From Candidatus Iainarchaeum sp. (GTDB lineage: Archaea > Iainarchaeota > Iainarchaeia > Iainarchaeales > CSSED10-239): a stretch of DNA of 32,000 nt. Position 1 is the stretch's first letter; every line of letters begins with the position of its first letter. The stretch spans positions 186,418 to 218,417 of the forward strand of contig JBBISB010000001.1 in assembly GCA_037441475.1 (NCBI GenBank). Reading direction: 5' to 3'. Below are positions 8,455-17,368 of the stretch, in pieces. The position numbers and the translations under genes were made by a program. The notes beneath the pieces were generated by a model. It made no database searches. It had not been told where the DNA came from and saw only the letters and a program-made list of their open reading frames with translations.

Positions 8455-10656
8455 ATGAAAAATAAAACAAACTTATTTTTAGGTATAATAATACTTGTTC
8501 TTGCAATTGTAGTTGTAGGACTTGTAATAAATCAAAATAATTTAAGAGAAAGGATGATAAATGAAAATAAAGATCCTTTACAAAAATTTCAAAGCTTAGA
8601 AGAAAAGTATGGTAACTTAACATACAGTAACTTTGAAACTAAAAAAGACGGACCATTTATGGAGATTACTCCTGATGAACTGTTAACACTTTTAACAACC
8701 ACAAACTCAAGTTCTAGTTATGGGACAAGAGGAAATATGACAAAAGGCTTGGCAATGACAGATGCTGTTATGTCGTCAATGCCAATGGATAGATCTCAGA
8801 GTGAAGCTGGAGCAGGAAGTAATGATTACTCTCAAACAAACGTTCAAGTTTCAGGTATTGATGAAGGAGATATTATTAAGACTAATGGAGAAAAAATATT
8901 TATTGCAAAAGACAAAACAATAACTGTAATAAATAAAGTAGATGTACCTATTTTAGAAGAAGATAAATATATTTTAACCATAGAAGATCCTACTGCAGAA
9001 TACCTTAACATAAAAGCAATGTTTGTTGATACAGAGAAAAAACTTCTATATGTTATATTTGAGAAAAATCTTGTAGAAAGTAAATTTACTCAATATTCAT
9101 TACTTTATCCTGAAATGAACTATATACCTTTTACTGTTATAAAGACATATAAGATAGAGACAGAAGCACTTACAGAAGTTAGTAGTATTGAAACTAAAGG
9201 AAACTACTTCCAGTCAAGGATGAAGGATGGAATTGTGTATACTATTACATTAGATTACTTAAACAACTTTAGACCTGTTCTTTATTACGATACTGTTATG
9301 ATACCTGTTATGGAGACAAAGAACGGAGTTGTTGAAAACTTCCAACCAAAGATCATTGTTCCAAGAGATGTTACTGAGGAAAATAAAGTAATGTACAATT
9401 TAACATCATTAAGATATTCAGAAAATACCTCCTCTTTAATAGACAGTATTGATCTTATACTTAATAGTTCAAACACAGTGTATATGAGTAGTAATAACTT
9501 ATATATTGCAACAGAAAAGAACAACTACTTTCCTTTCTTTAGATTTGGATGGTATAATGAGTCAAGAGAGGTTGTTTTTGAAGAGATATACTCAAAAATA
9601 TATCCTACAAACGTTTCAAGTGAGATTAAGAAGAACTTAAAAGATCAAAAAAAGTTAGTTGAGATATTAAACAACTACTACCAAACACTTGATAGTGATC
9701 AAAAAGAAGAACTTTATAATAAGATACAAGAAGAAACAAACAGATATTATGAAGAAAGAAGAAATGAGAATGATAAGACATACATTAACAGAATAGAACT
9801 TCTTAATAATGGTTACTTTGGAGATGTTTTACAAGGAGAAGTTAAAGGAAGACTATTGAATCAATTTTCATTAGATGAAAGTGAAGGATATTTAAGAGTT
9901 GCAACAACATATCAAGATTACAATGGGTATAGATCAACTAATAAAAATGCAGTTACTATACTTAATAGCTCTTTAAAACAAGTTGGTCTTGTTGATGGGA
10001 TTGCACCTGATGAAACTATCTATAGTGCGAGGTTTATGAAAGATAAACTTTATTTAGTAACATATAGATTAGTTGATCCTTTCTTTGTTATTGATCTTTC
10101 ATCCCCTACAAAACCTAAGATATTAGGAGAGTTAAAGATTTCAGGATACTCTGATTATCTTCATCCAATCTCAGATACCTTGATATTAGGTATTGGTCAA
10201 GAGACTGAAGTTAATCAATGGGGTGGAGAAAACAGAATTGGGGTTAAGGTTGCTTTATTTGATGTAAGTGATTTTTCAAACCCTAAGGAAATTGGTAAAT
10301 GGGTATCAAGTGCAAGTTACTCAAACACACAAGTTTCATATGATCATAAGGCATTCTTGTATATTGCAAAGAATGATTTAGTGGTAATTCCTATTTCAGA
10401 ATCATTTAACACTAGAAATCCTGCATTTGGGTTTGTTGTTTTAAAGGTTGATGAGGATGGAATTGAAAAGATTACAACTATTGATCATTCTAAAAATAGT
10501 CAATACTACTATTACTCAACAATGGCTAGAAGCTTATATATTGGAGATGAATTGTATACTATTTCAGATAATCTATTAAAGACATATAACTTTACAAGTC
10601 AAGAAGAAACAGAAGTTGTTTTAGGTTTTAAGGATGTTTCTAATATATACAGGTAA
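8455..10656 (+). CDS. Secreted beta-propeller domain protein (PF09826-like)
   Basis: N-terminal TM/signal anchor. YSQTNVQVSGIDEGDIIKTNGEKIFI and SARFMKDKLYLVTYRLVDPFFVIDLSSPTKPKILGELKISGYSDYLHPISDTLILGIG match the conserved blocks remembered for this family. A GGTGA Shine-Dalgarno-like motif lies upstream (8439-8443). Confidence 0.8.
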   Translation: MKNKTNLFLGIIILVLAIVVVGLVINQNNLRERMINENKDPLQKFQSLEEKYGNLTYSNFETKKDGPFMEITPDELLTLLTTTNSSSSYGTRGNMTKGLAMTDAVMSSMPMDRSQSEAGAGSNDYSQTNVQVSGIDEGDIIKTNGEKIFIAKDKTITVINKVDVPILEEDKYILTIEDPTAEYLNIKAMFVDTEKKLLYVIFEKNLVESKFTQYSLLYPEMNYIPFTVIKTYKIETEALTEVSSIETKGNYFQSRMKDGIVYTITLDYLNNFRPVLYYDTVMIPVMETKNGVVENFQPKIIVPRDVTEENKVMYNLTSLRYSENTSSLIDSIDLILNSSNTVYMSSNNLYIATEKNNYFPFFRFGWYNESREVVFEEIYSKIYPTNVSSEIKKNLKDQKKLVEILNNYYQTLDSDQKEELYNKIQEETNRYYEERRNENDKTYINRIELLNNGYFGDVLQGEVKGRLLNQFSLDESEGYLRVATTYQDYNGYRSTNKNAVTILNSSLKQVGLVDGIAPDETIYSARFMKDKLYLVTYRLVDPFFVIDLSSPTKPKILGELKISGYSDYLHPISDTLILGIGQETEVNQWGGENRIGVKVALFDVSDFSNPKEIGKWVSSASYSNTQVSYDHKAFLYIAKNDLVVIPISESFNTRNPAFGFVVLKVDEDGIEKITTIDHSKNSQYYYYSTMARSLYIGDELYTISDNLLKTYNFTSQEETEVVLGFKDVSNIYR

Positions 10657-10662
10657 ATGATA

Positions 10663-10700
10663 GGGAAAAAACGTTTTTTTCCTTTTTCTTTCTTTTTTTT
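10663..10700 (+). terminator. Hairpin plus oligo-T tract downstream of the beta-propeller gene
   Basis: GGGAAAAAACGTTTTTTTCC can fold (GGAAAAAA / TTTTTTCC). It is followed by tttttctttctttttttt. Oligo-T tracts terminate archaeal transcription. Confidence 0.4.
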
Positions 10701-10763
10701 AAAATAACTAGCAATAAGAATATTTAACTAACATATAAATATCTTTTGGTTTAATAAATAATT

Positions 10764-11531
10764 ATGAATTTTATATTTAGAAAAATATCTGTAGCTTTAG
10801 TCTATGTAATAATGATTTTTGTTAATTATTTAGCTAATGCTTTACCAATAAATAATATTGATACTGGAGCAGTTTCTGACCTGTATCCTAACTTATTTGC
10901 ACCTGCAGGAATTACTTTTTCTATATGGGGTATAATTTATTTGTTATTAGGATTGTTTGTTTTATATCAATTTGGAACTTTTAAAAAAATTAGTTTAAAA
11001 GAAGATAAATTATTAAACAAGATAAGTATTTATTTTATTACAAGTTCTATTTTTAATGCATTATGGATTTTTTCTTGGCATTATGGGTTATTATGGATGT
11101 CTATAATCTTTATGCTAGGTATATTGTTTTGTTTAATTAAAATTAATTTATTAATAAGAGAAAATAATTCTAAAGAATTTTTCTTTTTATCCCTTCCATT
11201 CAGTATTTACTTTGGGTGGATAACAGTTGCAACAATTGCAAATATTACTGCTTTACTTGTTAGTGTTGGTTGGAATGGTTTTGGAATAAGTGAAAGTATT
11301 TGGGCAATTGGTATTCTTTTAGTAGGATCTATTATTGGTATTTTAACAAGTGTTAAAAGTAAAGATATTGCTTATATTTTAGTTTTTGCATGGGCGTATA
11401 TTGGGATTATTATTAAACATACAAGTTCTGTTGGTTTTAATAATCAATATCCAGAAATAATTACTGCTTCATCTCTTTGTATTGTTTTATTTTTAATAAC
11501 AATTTGGTTTTTATTGTATAAGAAAGCTTAA
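10764..11531 (+). CDS. Multi-pass membrane protein, TspO/MBR-related (long form)
   Basis: 255 aa, about 7 hydrophobic segments, Trp-rich. The N-terminal block NYLANALPINNIDTGAVSDLYPNLFAPAGITFSIWGIIYLLL resembles long TspO/MBR-related proteins as remembered. Confidence 0.45.
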   Translation: MNFIFRKISVALVYVIMIFVNYLANALPINNIDTGAVSDLYPNLFAPAGITFSIWGIIYLLLGLFVLYQFGTFKKISLKEDKLLNKISIYFITSSIFNALWIFSWHYGLLWMSIIFMLGILFCLIKINLLIRENNSKEFFFLSLPFSIYFGWITVATIANITALLVSVGWNGFGISESIWAIGILLVGSIIGILTSVKSKDIAYILVFAWAYIGIIIKHTSSVGFNNQYPEIITASSLCIVLFLITIWFLLYKKA

Positions 11532-11772
11532 TTTATTTTTTAAAAAACATTAGGTGCAATCTTTGACTAGAACCAAATTAGATTAAGGTTAAAAGTACTC
11601 ATTTTTAAAAAATTATTTTACTGCAATATATCTACTTCTACTTTTAAGGCCCTAAGATTTTAACTAACACAACAAGTTTAGACCCTATAACTATAAGCAG
11701 GTGTATTACAATAAATTTATTTCCTACAAATACGAATAAAGGAAAATTAAAACCAAACAAGAAAGATAAAAT

Positions 11773-12156
11773 TTGGCAAGACATAAGGAAGTAATTGATA
11801 TTGATTATAATAAAAAAATGAATCAATATATAGGGTCAGTTCTAAGTAGATTACCTGCGTTATTCAAAAAAGATAGACAATTTGATGGGATTAAGTATTG
11901 GATAACTCCAGAAAATATTAGAAAATATATGGATATAAAGAACTATCCTTATGACTCAGAACATTCAGAGGGTTCATTAGATACATTATACATTAAGGGA
12001 AACAAGATTACTAAATTAAAAGAACCAATTATAGATGTTTGTAAAAGTTATAATTTACAAAAATATGTTAGTTATACATGTACAGAAAAAATAGGTGTAA
12101 ACTATTGTGAAGAGTGTGTAGCTTATGAAGGCACCCACCTAATTAGATTATATTAA
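11773..12156 (+). CDS. Hypothetical protein (Cys-containing C-terminus)
   Basis: 127-aa ORF from a TTG start; the first ATG is at 11818. No recognisable family. The C-terminal cysteines are in CKSYN...YTCTEKIGVNYCEEC. Confidence 0.3.
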   Translation: MARHKEVIDIDYNKKMNQYIGSVLSRLPALFKKDRQFDGIKYWITPENIRKYMDIKNYPYDSEHSEGSLDTLYIKGNKITKLKEPIIDVCKSYNLQKYVSYTCTEKIGVNYCEECVAYEGTHLIRLY

Positions 12157-13120
12157 ATGGTTCATTATTCCATTACCTGTATTAATAAAAGCAATTAAAT
12201 CATATTTTGTATTAGTTATTTTATTTAATCTTGGTAATATTGCTAATCCAGCAGCACCGCTTGGCTCAGCATCTATATTTAAATTCTTAAATATATTTAA
12301 TGCATTTAATATTTCTTGTTCTTCAATATTATATATTTTATTTTTTATATTTTTTGCAATAGTATATCCTTTTTCTCTTAAATCAATAATACTTTCCTGC
12401 CAAGTTTCTGAACTATCGCAAATCTTATCTGCAATTGTATTTAAGTTTCCTGTACTTACTGCTAATATATCTATGGCAAATTACTTTCTTTTATTACTTC
12501 TTTAGAGTCATCATATAACATTCCAGCACCAAATTGAATAACTACTAATGTTTTTGGAAAAGTAGAATGATAATGCTCTTTAATTTGTTCAATAAATTCT
12601 TGCATAACTTGTTTATAAGTAGGATTAAAACCTTCTGTGATATCTACTGAATTATCTTTAGTTACATTTAACCCTAATTCATTCATTTTATCAATACAAG
12701 GCTTCCAAACCAATATTGTTCTTTAAAATCAACTTGTACTAATATGCCAGACTTATATTTTTGCATATCTTCTCTAAATATTTTACCATTAGTAAATCTA
12801 CCTTTACTATCTGGTCCTAATTCTTTAAAATCATAATGAAGTGGATAAAAGTTTACTACTTTTATTTTTTGCTCACTTAATAAATCATTTAACATATCTG
12901 CATAAAGAAAATCAGCAATTCCTGCATTACCAGTAGAACCTAAGTAATAAATATAATTATTTGGATATATATTTGTTAAATAATGAAGACCCATCATCCA
13001 CCCATGCTTATCTTTATATGTATTTGTAATATTTTTACTTTCATCTTTAATTACTATATCTTGATTATTAATAGTTGTAAATATTACAGGTGTATTTTTT
13101 GGTCTTTTTTCATTCCACAT
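12148..13120 (-). pseudogene. Fold-type II PLP-dependent enzyme (threonine synthase/dehydratase/cysteine synthase-like), broken into at least 4 frame segments
   Basis: Segment 1 (13120-12683) has TNTYKDKHG (PLP-lysine motif S/T-x-K-D-R/K) and LGSTGNAGIA. Segment 2 is 12713-12471. My translation continues in other frames with AIDILAVSTGNLNTIADKI...EEQEILNAFKYI, then NLNIDAEPSGAAGLAILPRL (the C-terminal EPSxAA motif). The total is about 324 codons, the right size for one gene. Confidence 0.6.
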
Positions 13121-13152
13121 TTTAATTAATTCTTCTTTATTCGTATTAACAC

Positions 13153-13683
13153 CTATTTTTTACAAGCTAAAAATAATCCATTATCTATATTTAAATAATA
13201 GGTAAATATTCTTTTATCTTTTTTTAATTTATCAGTGAATTTATTAATTTCTTTCATTACCCTATCATTAACCTTTGGTCCGTGAGTTAATTTATACTTT
13301 CCCGTATTATCAATAACAAGTAATCCACCTTTTTTTAATAAAGGTAAAAATAATTTATAATACTTTTCATAATTGTCTTTATCTGCATCAAGAAAAATAA
13401 AATCTATCTTTTTATTTTTATCCCAATTTTTAAGAACATCCATAATATTATCTTCTATTAATGTAATCTTTTTATCTAATTTTGCTTTTTTAAAGTTATT
13501 TTTTGCAAGTCTAATCTTTGTAGTTAATATTTCAGTAGTATATATGTGTCCTTTTTTTAGTCCATTTGCTAAAAACAAAGTTGAATACCCAACAGAACAA
13601 CCTAACTCTAAAACTATCTGAGGGTTTATTAATTCTATTAAAAATTGAAGAAATTCTCCTGTTGTTCTTGGAACTGACCACAA
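13153..13683 (-). CDS. Class I SAM-dependent O-methyltransferase (family 3, caffeoyl-CoA OMT-like), possibly N-terminally truncated
   Basis: TTGEFLQFLIELINPQIVLELGCSVGYSTLFLA, IDFIFLDADKDNY and LLKKGGLLVIDN are the SAM-binding and metal motifs. The ORF starts at a TTG only 8 codons before the conserved region. Upstream the frame stays open for 25 more codons behind a TAG at 13759-13761. Confidence 0.7.
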   Translation of the reverse strand: MWSVPRTTGEFLQFLIELINPQIVLELGCSVGYSTLFLANGLKKGHIYTTEILTTKIRLAKNNFKKAKLDKKITLIEDNIMDVLKNWDKNKKIDFIFLDADKDNYEKYYKLFLPLLKKGGLLVIDNTGKYKLTHGPKVNDRVMKEINKFTDKLKKDKRIFTYYLNIDNGLFLACKK

Positions 13684-13882
13684 ACCAACTTTCTTACCAT
13701 CTTCTGGAACTCTTCCATAACTATATAATTTATCCTCTTTATCTGTTAGGATATAGGTCTATTTACCTTCTATTTTTTCAATATCCTTTATTGTATTTAG
13801 AAAGTTATTAATAAATTAATCGTCCTTTTAATTATTATATATATAATCTATTAGCATTAAATTTAAATACTTTTTGAATGTA

Positions 13883-14716
13883 TTATGCTTCTAAAATTAT
13901 ATGAGCGGACCTCCTATTAGATACACAACCATCACAAAATACACTAATAAAAGTATTCAAATAATCTATTAACTTCTCCTTATAGTATTTATCCGCTAAC
14001 ATTTGCCTTGATAAATAATGATTACCACCTACTGAATTACTAACTCTACCTTGATAATAATCAGCAATTGACTCTGGTATTCCTAATTCTATACACTTAG
14101 TATAGAACCATTTTCTACAGTATTTGATTGGAATAAGTTTCTTTCGCTTAATCTCTTTCTCAAGACTGCTTACAGATAACTGCTTATGGTCTAGAGACAA
14201 CTTACTATAAACTTCTAACGGAAGATAACAGAAGTAAGAGTTCTTGGTCTTTCGTAAGTAGTTCATTGAGATTTTCACAAATCCATCATATTGTTGAGTT
14301 TTTAGTTTGTGGAAGTTAGTTAGTAAATACTCTCCTTCAACCTTCCTCATACCACTTACAAGATACATAAGATACATAAGCTTCATTTTATCAGACAGTT
14401 TAGAAAGAGTTTCCTTCATTTCATCATCAGTTGGAACATAATTATCAACAGATGACTTTTTTGATTTGAGTTTTCTTTTCAGAAAGGTTAGTTCTTCGTC
14501 TGCTATTAATTCTTTACTCTCTAGATATTTTAAAACTAACCTTGTAAGTTTAACAGACCTATCATTATCATTTATCTTATCTATATTAGAATTAATATTA
14601 GAAATTATGACTTCTATAGAAAAAGTATGACTTTTCGTAGATTTCTCAAAAATTAAAGGAATCTTTGCAAGAATTTGTTTTTGATACTTAATTGCATAAG
14701 ATTGACTGTAAACCAA
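13883..14716 (-). CDS. Tyrosine recombinase / integrase
   Basis: Arg box: LMYLVSGMRKVEGEYLL. Box II-like: IKYCRKWFYTKCIELGIPESIADYYQGRVSNSVGGNHYLS, with the terminal Tyr. The start is uncertain. There is no ATG before residue about 131 of the open frame, a TTG lies at 14716, and the frame is open up to 14812 inside tRNA-Thr. Confidence 0.7.
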   Translation of the reverse strand: MVYSQSYAIKYQKQILAKIPLIFEKSTKSHTFSIEVIISNINSNIDKINDNDRSVKLTRLVLKYLESKELIADEELTFLKRKLKSKKSSVDNYVPTDDEMKETLSKLSDKMKLMYLMYLVSGMRKVEGEYLLTNFHKLKTQQYDGFVKISMNYLRKTKNSYFCYLPLEVYSKLSLDHKQLSVSSLEKEIKRKKLIPIKYCRKWFYTKCIELGIPESIADYYQGRVSNSVGGNHYLSRQMLADKYYKEKLIDYLNTFISVFCDGCVSNRRSAHIILEA

Positions 14717-14770
14717 CTGTTTAAAGCTCTCCAGACTGAAAACTGCAGACTCCAAACCTGCGTTAACAAA

Positions 14771-14842
14771 AGCTTCTGGCGGGAGTCGAACCCGCGACCT
14801 CAACCTTACCAAGGTTGCGCTCTACCACTGAGCCACAGAAGC
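14771..14842 (-). tRNA. tRNA-Thr (anticodon GGU)
   Basis: The reverse complement is GCTTCTG TG GCTC AGTGGTA GAGC G CAACC TTGGTAA GGTTG AGGTC GCGGG TTCGACT CCCGC CAGAAGC T. It forms a perfect cloverleaf. Confidence 0.9.
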
Positions 14843-14931
14843 AAAAAAAATAGAAATAAATATTTACTAAAGGCAATATAATTAAGCACAAATAGATTTA
14901 AAAAAAGAACATAAAAAGGTTAAAAGAGGTT

Positions 14932-15408
14932 TTATTTAACCTCAATTAACTTTTGAGAAGAAGAAATCTCTTTCTTTGGGATCTTAAGGTGTAAGATACC
15001 ATCTTTGTACTCTGCATTTATGTTATCTTTGTCTATGTTTCTTGGAAGAGAGAAAGATCTATAAAACCCAGAATAGCTTTTTGAATAACTGTAGTAACCT
15101 TTTTCCTTATCCTCTTTTTTATCTTCTTTTTTATGTTCAACCTTTATTTCTAAGTTATTATCGTTTATGTTTATTTTTATGTCTTCTTTTTTTGATCCTG
15201 GAATCTCTAAAGAAAGATTATAGTTTTCTTTATCTTCTTTAACATCACAGATAGGTGCTCTATAGTTTTCTAAAGAAGCTATTTGGTTATCATCTTTTTG
15301 TGAAATTGAAAGAAGATGTGGCTTTTGAGAATATCCAAAATCTTCAAACAAAGAATCCATTTCTCTTTTCATTCTTCTCATTTCATCCCAGATAGTATAT
15401 TGTCTCAT
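14932..15408 (-). CDS. hsp20: Small heat-shock protein (Hsp20/alpha-crystallin family)
   Basis: The alpha-crystallin domain is PICDVKEDKENYNLSLEIPGSKKEDIKININDNNLEIKVEHKKE...GFYRSFSLPRNIDKDNINAEYKDGILHLKIPK. Confidence 0.85.
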   Translation of the reverse strand: MRQYTIWDEMRRMKREMDSLFEDFGYSQKPHLLSISQKDDNQIASLENYRAPICDVKEDKENYNLSLEIPGSKKEDIKININDNNLEIKVEHKKEDKKEDKEKGYYSYSKSYSGFYRSFSLPRNIDKDNINAEYKDGILHLKIPKKEISSSQKLIEVK

Positions 15409-15568
15409 GTTTACACCACCTTTTTTTGTTTTTTAAAAATAGTTTTTTTAGAATAAATATATAATGAAACAAAAAAAATAAAAAGATTTTCTAGAAAAGT
15501 TTAAAAACTTTTCTATAAGATAGGGTTAGTCCAAAAAATAAAGAAAAAAAGAAAGAGAAAAAGAAACT

Positions 15569-17026
15569 TTAACTTTGTTCTTCAATCTCTTTCTTTAATT
15601 TATCAACATGCTTTTTCTTTGTGAAAAACTCAATTGCTTCTGCAAGCTCTACTCTTCCTTTAGAATACTCATCAATAGAGATACCTTTTTGGTATGCCTC
15701 ACAAGATTGAACTAAAGCCCTTGCACCTGCTTGTGTACCTTTTGGATGAGCATGGCACCCTGCACCCATGGTTGTTATAAAATCAACACCACCCATTAAA
15801 TCTATAAAAGGTTTTAAAAGAGTAGGGTTTAGACCACCTGAGATTATAGGACAGCATTTTTTCATACTTCTCCAACTATCATCCTCTAAGATAACGTGAT
15901 GAGCTTCATCCTCTAAAACTAACTTTACAACATCTTGATCTTTTTCAGGAACAGTTGCCCATGATTGATGGAAGATATGCCCTTGTGAAGCTAATTTTAA
16001 GATACCGGTTGCAGCTGTTATATCTTCAATTGGTGTACCAGCCATTTTTCCAACCCCAGCAGTTCCTGTGTGGATACCAGAAGCACCTGCAAGTCTTGCA
16101 AACTTAGATAAAACTAAAACAGAAAAACCAATTGGGTTTTCAGGTCTTGTAAAACCACCATGTCCTGCTCTATGGAAATGTATGAAAACATCAGGATACA
16201 TTCTTCTTAAGGTTTGAACAGCCATCCAACCTGCTGTAATACCGTCGATTAAAAAGGCATAAGAACCTTTTTCAAAACCTGCGTTTCTAATCATCTCACA
16301 TCTTTCAACCATTGTTTGAAAATCAGCAGCTGAAACATTGAAAGAATGAACTTTCTTTTGTCCTGTTTCTTTAACAGCTTTATCCATAGCTTCCTTTACA
16401 TGTTTTACCATCTTATCATAAGGACAGAAATCTTGGTTTGCTTGAGGTTCATCGTTTTTAACAAAATCTCCTCCTCCAACCCAGAAATCATATGCAGCTT
16501 CTGCATATTCAGATGAGGTTAAACCCATTTTTGGTTTTATAATAGTTCCTAAAATTGGTCTATTGTAAACATTTAAGTATTTTCTCATATCATCTAAAGT
16601 ATATGAAGGTCCATCGTACTGTTCAAGCATTGCTGGTGGAAACCATACATCTAAAAGCTTAATTGCTGAAACCTCTTTCATACCTAAAACATTACCTACA
16701 ACAAATGTTAAAATATTTTGAACATTTCCACTTCTATCAAAAAGTCTCCATGGATATGCTATCCAAACTATGCTTTTTTCTAAATCTAATTTGTATACTA
16801 AGGCATTCATTTCTCTTGAGAAAGGAGTTTCTGTATTAACTAAAAAATTTGTACCTGTTGAAGATTCAGCTGCAGTTTCACATGCTGCTTGTAAGATGTT
16901 TAATGAACCTCCTGGTCTTAAATGGAATGCACACAACATATATTCCCCGTTTTTGACATTTGGGATATTAAAGTTAATATATGCTTGTTGATGTGCATTT
17001 AATGTTTTTACTAAATCGTCGTGCAT
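15569..17026 (-). CDS. rbcL: RuBisCO large subunit, form II/III-like (archaeal/CPR nucleotide-salvage type)
   Basis: Motifs: GTNFLV, YPWRLFD, GTIIKPKMGLT, GGGDFVKNDEPQANQ, HFHRAGHGGFTR, GIHTGTAGVGKM, SGGLNP. An extra segment ATVPEKDQDVVKLVLEDEAHHVILEDDSW precedes KKCCPIISGG, as in Methanococcoides-type II/III enzymes (from memory). Confidence 0.9.
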   Translation of the reverse strand: MHDDLVKTLNAHQQAYINFNIPNVKNGEYMLCAFHLRPGGSLNILQAACETAAESSTGTNFLVNTETPFSREMNALVYKLDLEKSIVWIAYPWRLFDRSGNVQNILTFVVGNVLGMKEVSAIKLLDVWFPPAMLEQYDGPSYTLDDMRKYLNVYNRPILGTIIKPKMGLTSSEYAEAAYDFWVGGGDFVKNDEPQANQDFCPYDKMVKHVKEAMDKAVKETGQKKVHSFNVSAADFQTMVERCEMIRNAGFEKGSYAFLIDGITAGWMAVQTLRRMYPDVFIHFHRAGHGGFTRPENPIGFSVLVLSKFARLAGASGIHTGTAGVGKMAGTPIEDITAATGILKLASQGHIFHQSWATVPEKDQDVVKLVLEDEAHHVILEDDSWRSMKKCCPIISGGLNPTLLKPFIDLMGGVDFITTMGAGCHAHPKGTQAGARALVQSCEAYQKGISIDEYSKGRVELAEAIEFFTKKKHVDKLKKEIEEQS

Positions 17027-17193
17027 TTAAAATCACCTTTATATTTTAAAAAGATAGTTAACCATTTAATTTAAAAATAGATGTTTTTTAAAGGAGAACA
17101 AATGAGAGCAAGAACATTTGTTTTTTCTTAAACTAAAGAAAAAGAGTTTATAAGAAAATAAAAATTAGGTTTGGAAAGAAAAATAATAAAGAG

Positions 17194-17266
17194 GGTCCAA
17201 ACCGGGATTTGAACCCGGGTCAGAGGATCCACAGACCTCTATGCTAACCACTACACTATTTGGACC
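17194..17266 (-). tRNA. tRNA-His (anticodon GUG) with genome-encoded G-1
   Basis: The reverse complement is G GTCCAAA TA GTGT AGTGGTTA GCAT A GAGGT CTGTGGA TCCTC TGAC CCGGG TTCAAAT CCCGG TTTGGAC C. The extra 5' G pairs with C73, which is the His identity element. Confidence 0.9.
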
Positions 17267-17368
17267 AGTATTTTTTGTTTACTTGTATATATATTATAGA
17301 TTAAATATGTTTATAAAGATTTCACATATAATATATTAGTAAAATATATTATAAAAATAAGAATAATT

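Larger units (their letters stand above)
11532..14770. mobile_element. Putative degraded integrated element adjoining tRNA-Thr
   Basis: A tyrosine integrase lies directly next to the 3' end of tRNA-Thr. The cargo genes are disrupted or unusual (PLP-enzyme pseudogene, O-methyltransferase with an upstream in-frame stop, orphan ORF). The sequence looks more AT-rich than its flanks by eye. The left border is not defined because no att repeat was found. Confidence 0.45.

Noticed and set aside
11561-11600. Possible distal att site / tRNA 3'-half remnant (gactagaacc ... aaggtt) at the left edge of the putative island
   Set aside because: The similarity to the tRNA-Thr 3' half is limited to two short non-collinear words. 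That is indistinguishable from chance in this composition.
14745-14761. T-arm-like hairpin (minus strand GCAGGTTTGGAGTCTGC) just downstream of tRNA-Thr, considered as a relic of an older att/tRNA duplication
   Set aside because: Only about 10 of 17 positions match the real T-arm (GCGGGTTCGACTCCCGC). No adjoining acceptor or anticodon-arm remnants were found, and it lies within the open integrase frame. This is insufficient evidence.
14675-14881. 68-aa plus-strand ORF spanning the tRNA-Thr locus
   Set aside because: It is the antisense translation of the tRNA gene and the integrase 5' region. The tRNA cloverleaf explains the sequence.
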